The notes under the pieces: model-generated | The model's input: only the letters and a program-made list of their open reading frames with translations | Told to the model about the DNA's origin: nothing | Databases searched by the model: none | Position numbers and translations under genes: made by a program | Assembly (NCBI GenBank): GCA_963705455.1 | Contig: CAVPJM010000002.1 | Coordinates: 555,870-619,869 of the forward strand | Direction: 5' to 3' | Source of the DNA: Sulfurovaceae bacterium | GTDB lineage: Bacteria; Campylobacterota; Campylobacteria; Campylobacterales; Sulfurovaceae | Length of the DNA: 64,000 bases | Part shown: positions 59,980 through 64,000 of the stretch, piece by piece | Numbering within the stretch: position 1 is the first letter of the stretch | How the letters are laid out: each line of letters begins with the position of its first letter

Positions 59980-61162
59980 CAATGTATCGCTTTTTAAACC
60001 AATGATAATATATTGCAAAAATAATAAAGCCAACACCTAGAGTAAATGTAATACCCTCAAGTGACATCCCCCATTTTGCAGCATATCCGATAAAGAGTGC
60101 CGTTGTAACATTTGAAAGCATAAAAACCATGTCATTATAAGAGATGACCCTTCCCATGTATTTACTCTGAGTCTCTTCTTGAATCAGCAAATAGGTATAT
60201 GACCATAATGTCGTAATGAACAGTCCGGTGATAAAAAGCCCTATCAGTGCCAGATAGAAATTAAATTCTAAAATAGACCAAAGCATGATAGCCAGTCCTT
60301 GTACTATGAAAAAGTAGTGTAAATTATTTTTGGAGATGATCCTGCCTATGATAAAGGGACCGATCATTAAACCTAAAGCTCTTGTAGCATTCATCCAACC
60401 TATAGCAAGCGGTACAGCTATGAACTCTTTATATTGAAAATCTGCAAGCAGAGTGATAAGTGCATCAAAAGAGGTAAGTCCTATGGCTGCATGTAAAAGT
60501 ATGAGATGCTGTATCTTTTTTTGTGACCTTATGTAGTTAAATCCATCTTTGAGCATTTGCATATTTGATTCAACATGATTGACTTTTTCTATGGAGATAT
60601 GCAGTCCTATAAGCAGGAGTACTGCAGCAGTGTAAAGCATAGCATCTATCATAAAGGCCAGGTCAAATCCTACATAATGGGTGGCGATTCCTCCTGCGGC
60701 CATACCTAGTGCATAACACAAAGACCAGATAACTGAATGTATCTCATTGGTATTTTTCAGCATCTTTCCAGATACTAGTTTTGGGAAGAGTGCCATTTCT
60801 GCCGAGAAGAGTAAAGAGGCCGCAGATGAACGGATAAAAATAAGTATCATCAATATCCACACATACTCTAATGAGTTTATAAATATAAATCCAAGAGTCA
60901 TTGCAATCTCAACAAGCAAGAGAACACCCATGAGTTTTTTAAATTCTATACGGTCTACAATGAGTCCTATGATCGGTGCAAGAACTACAGCAGGAAGCAT
61001 TGCCATTGCGGCGGTAAGAGCAATGGTGATTTCACTTGCACCAAAAGAGACGATCATAGAGAAGATAGCTACTTGAGAAAACCATGTACCAAAGTATGAG
61101 ATAAATTGAATGAGTGAGAGTCGTCTAATTACAGGGTGTTTTAGTGTATCTAGATAGGTCAT
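59963..61162 (-). CDS. MFS transporter
   Basis: About 12 TM helices, GLIVDRIEFKK motif A, YMGRV. Confidence 0.88.
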   Translation of the reverse strand: MTYLDTLKHPVIRRLSLIQFISYFGTWFSQVAIFSMIVSFGASEITIALTAAMAMLPAVVLAPIIGLIVDRIEFKKLMGVLLLVEIAMTLGFIFINSLEYVWILMILIFIRSSAASLLFSAEMALFPKLVSGKMLKNTNEIHSVIWSLCYALGMAAGGIATHYVGFDLAFMIDAMLYTAAVLLLIGLHISIEKVNHVESNMQMLKDGFNYIRSQKKIQHLILLHAAIGLTSFDALITLLADFQYKEFIAVPLAIGWMNATRALGLMIGPFIIGRIISKNNLHYFFIVQGLAIMLWSILEFNFYLALIGLFITGLFITTLWSYTYLLIQEETQSKYMGRVISYNDMVFMLSNVTTALFIGYAAKWGMSLEGITFTLGVGFIIFAIYYHWFKKRYIDETTQ

Positions 61163-61167
61163 AGGTT

Positions 61168-61922
61168 CTATTCACCATCATTAAGTGCATAGACTATGTT
61201 TTTACCTTCAAGAAGACGAATATACTTATCAAATGATTCTTTGGCTAATGATCTCATCATCTGATGCTACAGAGATCGTAACCCTCCAACCATCACTGTA
61301 AAGTTTTGGCAAAGAAGAGAATTCCACTCCATCAGGCATGCTTTCCATTAATTCTATAAAAATATTTTCTTTGCAGAGTGCGGTGAGAGTATGTCTGAAT
61401 AGTTTCTTTTTTATAGGGTATGATTTTTTCTAAAATTTTAGTCACCATAGGATGGCTCATTTCAGGAAAACCAGGCATAAAATAGTATTTGTCATCCAAT
61501 GCAAAGGCAGGCATTTTGTTGACAGGATTTTCTAAAAGTGTTGCACCTTTTGGAAGTTCTGCCATACGTACAGAATAGGGGTAAGCTTTTTCACCAAGTG
61601 TATCAACAATGATCTTTTTTGCTTCTTCATGTGTAGATAGTTTACCATCTCTAAGTGCTATAGCTGCACATTTTCGTGTATGATCATCAGGTGTAGAACC
61701 TATGCCACCAAATGAGAAGAGTACAGAATTTTTTTGTGAAGCAATAAATTTGATGGTTTGAACAATGAGTGTCAGGTTCATCTTCTATCATAAATGAGCC
61801 AGTAAGTTTATACCCTTTTTGTGACTAGATGCTTTGGTTACAAAATCAAAGTGCGTATCTTTTCTTCGACGGTTAAGGATCTCTGTACCTATAATAAGGA
61901 CAAAAAATTTAGGCTCAGACAT
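61168..61922 (-). CDS. CinA N-terminal-like / molybdopterin-binding domain protein, several frameshifts
   Basis: IIGTEILNRRRKDTH, SFGGIGSTPDDHT, MPGFPEM. Confidence 0.82.
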
Positions 61923-61993
61923 TTATTTTCTCTTTTATAAATAATGTCATGGCAAACGCCCTTGAAAGCGAAGCCATTTGAGAGCAGTGACGA

Positions 61994-62025
61994 CTTTATC
62001 TACTTTTCTAGAAAAGTAGATAAAG
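61994..62025. repeat. Perfect 32-bp palindrome downstream of rpoD
   Basis: ctttatctacttttct-agaaaagtagataaag is its own reverse complement. Confidence 0.9.
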
Positions 62026-62046
62026 AACAAGAATATAGTATAAGCA

Positions 62047-63903
62047 TTACTCTTCAATGTAGTTTTTAAGTTTTCTTCCCACTTTAGGGTGCTTGAGCTT
62101 TTTGATCGCAGAAGATTCTATCTGTCTTACTCTTTCACGTGTAACATTAAGTTCTTTTCCTATCTCTTCAAGTGTTCTGTCACTTTCATCTTCTAGAAGA
62201 CCAAAACGCATACGGATAACGGCTTTTTCTCTTTCATTCAGTTGATCAAGTACGTCATCTATCTGATTATTAAGATCATCTTTAAGTACGACATCTGTTG
62301 GACTCAGTGTCGTTTTGTCTTCAATGAAGTCACCAAATCTACCATCATCTTCATCACCTACCGGTGTTTCAAGACTCACAGGCTCTTTAGTGATCTTGAT
62401 CACATTCTTCACTTTATCAACAGAAAGTCCTACCTCTTCAGCGATCGTATCAAGATCCGGCTCTTTTCCTGTTTCCTGAAGATGCTTTCTAATGATCTTA
62501 TTGATACGGTTGATCGTTTCTATCATATGAATAGGGATACGAATGGTTCTCGCCTGGTCTGCTATGGCTCTTGAGATCGCTTGACGTATCCACCATGTTG
62601 CATAGGTTGAAAACTTGTATCCTTTTTCATATTCAAATTTATCAACAGCTTTCATCAAACCGATGTTACCTTCTTGGATAAGGTCAAGGAATGGAAGCCC
62701 TCTGTTCGTATAACGTTTAGCAATAGAAACAACCAATCTAAGGTTAGACTTTGCCATACGTGTTTTAGCTACTTCACTTTTTGATTTACCTCGACGGATC
62801 TGTCCTAAGATCTCTTGGAGTTTTTCTTCAGAAAGATCAAAACCGCCTTTACTCGCTTCTCTTGTTTCAAAAAGTTTTTTGATCTCAACATAGGTGCTTA
62901 CCATAGTGGTCTCTGGTACCGCATCGATGATATCGTCTTTATCCATTTTAATGATATTGTCGAGTAGCTTTTTATGATTGGCTTTGAGTGTATCATTGAA
63001 AAGTGGAAGTTTATATTCTAAACGTTTAAGCTCTTTTTCAAAGCTGTCATCACTTTTAAGTGCAGTCTCCATTGCCTTAACAAGTTCGTTAATAAGTTTA
63101 GATGTTGGTCCAAGATCTAAAAGCGCATCTTTAAGTGCTTCTTTTTTAAATGCAATTTTAAGACGCTCATGGAGAATTTTTACTTCATCATCCTCTGTTT
63201 CTAAAAATGTATCTAGATCTTCACGTGCTTTCATCCACTCTTTTTTTGCTTTTTCAAGCCGTTTAAAGCTGTCAACAACTTGTTTGACCCTTTTGTCATC
63301 TTTAGGTGCACTTGTTTCTTCATCATCATCATCAGAATCATCAGAATCGTCAGAATCATCTTTATCCGATTTCTCATCTTCAAAGCTTTTGAAAAGTTCT
63401 TTTACACGTCTTTCACGATTGAGCAAAGGTTCTTTGTAGTTGATAATATATCCTATAAGATAAGGAACAGAACAGATAGCATCGATGATGATATCTTCTC
63501 CTTCTTCAATACGTTTAGAGAGATCAACCTCTTCCTCTTTAGTAAGCAGAGGAATCTTTCCCATTTCACGTAAATACATTCTAACTGGACTGTCTGAACG
63601 ACTCCACTCAAGAAGTTCTTTTTCTTTATGAAGATCAAACTCGTCTTCTGTGCTGCCATCAATTAGTTTTTGTCTTGCATCTTCTTTTTTCTTTTTTTCT
63701 TTAACTGTAAGAAATTTGGCATATTCTGATGCGGAAGCAATTTCTACTTTGGCATCAGTAGCCAGTTTATGGATTTTTTTTGCTTGTGCGGAAGTCGGCT
63801 GTTTGGTAAACTCTTTTGCCATGTTCTCAAGTGTGACTACATCACCTTTTTTCTTTGACTGAAATAATGCTTCGATGCTTTTCATACTGTCTTTTGTTGC
63901 CAT
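62047..63903 (-). CDS. rpoD: RNA polymerase sigma factor RpoD
   Basis: [49 protein letters not shown]. Confidence 0.99.
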   Translation of the reverse strand: MATKDSMKSIEALFQSKKKGDVVTLENMAKEFTKQPTSAQAKKIHKLATDAKVEIASASEYAKFLTVKEKKKKEDARQKLIDGSTEDEFDLHKEKELLEWSRSDSPVRMYLREMGKIPLLTKEEEVDLSKRIEEGEDIIIDAICSVPYLIGYIINYKEPLLNRERRVKELFKSFEDEKSDKDDSDDSDDSDDDDEETSAPKDDKRVKQVVDSFKRLEKAKKEWMKAREDLDTFLETEDDEVKILHERLKIAFKKEALKDALLDLGPTSKLINELVKAMETALKSDDSFEKELKRLEYKLPLFNDTLKANHKKLLDNIIKMDKDDIIDAVPETTMVSTYVEIKKLFETREASKGGFDLSEEKLQEILGQIRRGKSKSEVAKTRMAKSNLRLVVSIAKRYTNRGLPFLDLIQEGNIGLMKAVDKFEYEKGYKFSTYATWWIRQAISRAIADQARTIRIPIHMIETINRINKIIRKHLQETGKEPDLDTIAEEVGLSVDKVKNVIKITKEPVSLETPVGDEDDGRFGDFIEDKTTLSPTDVVLKDDLNNQIDDVLDQLNEREKAVIRMRFGLLEDESDRTLEEIGKELNVTRERVRQIESSAIKKLKHPKVGRKLKNYIEE

Positions 63904-63954
63904 TAAAAACCTTTGATGTGTTGAGGCGAAAATCCTCAGATTTGATTAAGGTGG

Positions 63955-63960
63955 ATTATA
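63955..63960 (-). promoter_or_regulatory. -10 box upstream of rpoD
   Basis: TATAAT on the minus strand about 50 nt before the ATG. Confidence 0.55.
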
Positions 63961-64000
63961 CCGAAATTTTATTACTTTTTAGCATTAAATTTGTCAAATT

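Noticed and set aside
61949-61980. c-di-GMP-I riboswitch resemblance (GGCAAAC...GAAA...AAGCC)
   Set aside because: It is on the strand opposite the flanking genes, and lacks the tetraloop stem geometry and second hairpin.
62131-62146. parS-like 16-mer (tgttacacgtgaaaga on the minus strand, one mismatch to TGTTNCACGTGAAACA)
   Set aside because: It lies in the codons of the invariant VTRER motif of RpoD region 4, so protein constraint explains it. ParB ChIP would be needed to revive it.
63319-63360. tca / tcagaatca microrepeats in rpoD
   Set aside because: They encode the ordinary acidic low-complexity linker ([15 protein letters not shown]) of sigma70. This is not a CRISPR array or contingency locus.

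Overview
This AT-rich window comes from a Campylobacterota chromosome. Gene order and the outer-membrane protein leader motif GGDIAPVEP suggest Sulfurovum or a close relative (inference). Most of it is conserved housekeeping backbone: guaB-metY-metX-xseB; rplU-rpmA-obgE-proB-fmt-birA-parAB; atpF'FHAGDC; tol-pal; slyD-fabD-mtnN-ttcA; rluD-trmB-ftsEX-envC-pyrH-rpoZ-spoT-tyrS-fabX-amiA; and rpoD. About 30 genes, many essential, are broken by single-base indels, which points to an unpolished assembly rather than real pseudogenes. The most interesting block (about 48.0-59.4 kb) is a candidate acetate/carboxylate sensing and assimilation system: Cache histidine kinase, OmpR-type regulator, an 11-bp direct-repeat candidate operator, porin, DUF485, ActP, a cNMP-CBS-nucleotidyltransferase (DUF294) protein abutting a DEDDh exonuclease, Acs and an AEC transporter. 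Smaller insertions in the backbone include a stand-alone prephenate dehydratase plus an AmrA/AmrB pair inside tol-pal, an L,D-transpeptidase, a degenerate hybrid two-component protein, a rubredoxin-like gene missed by the ORF track, a duplicated lipoprotein amidase, and a palindromic element after rpoD. No rRNA, tRNA, CRISPR array or transposase was recognised.
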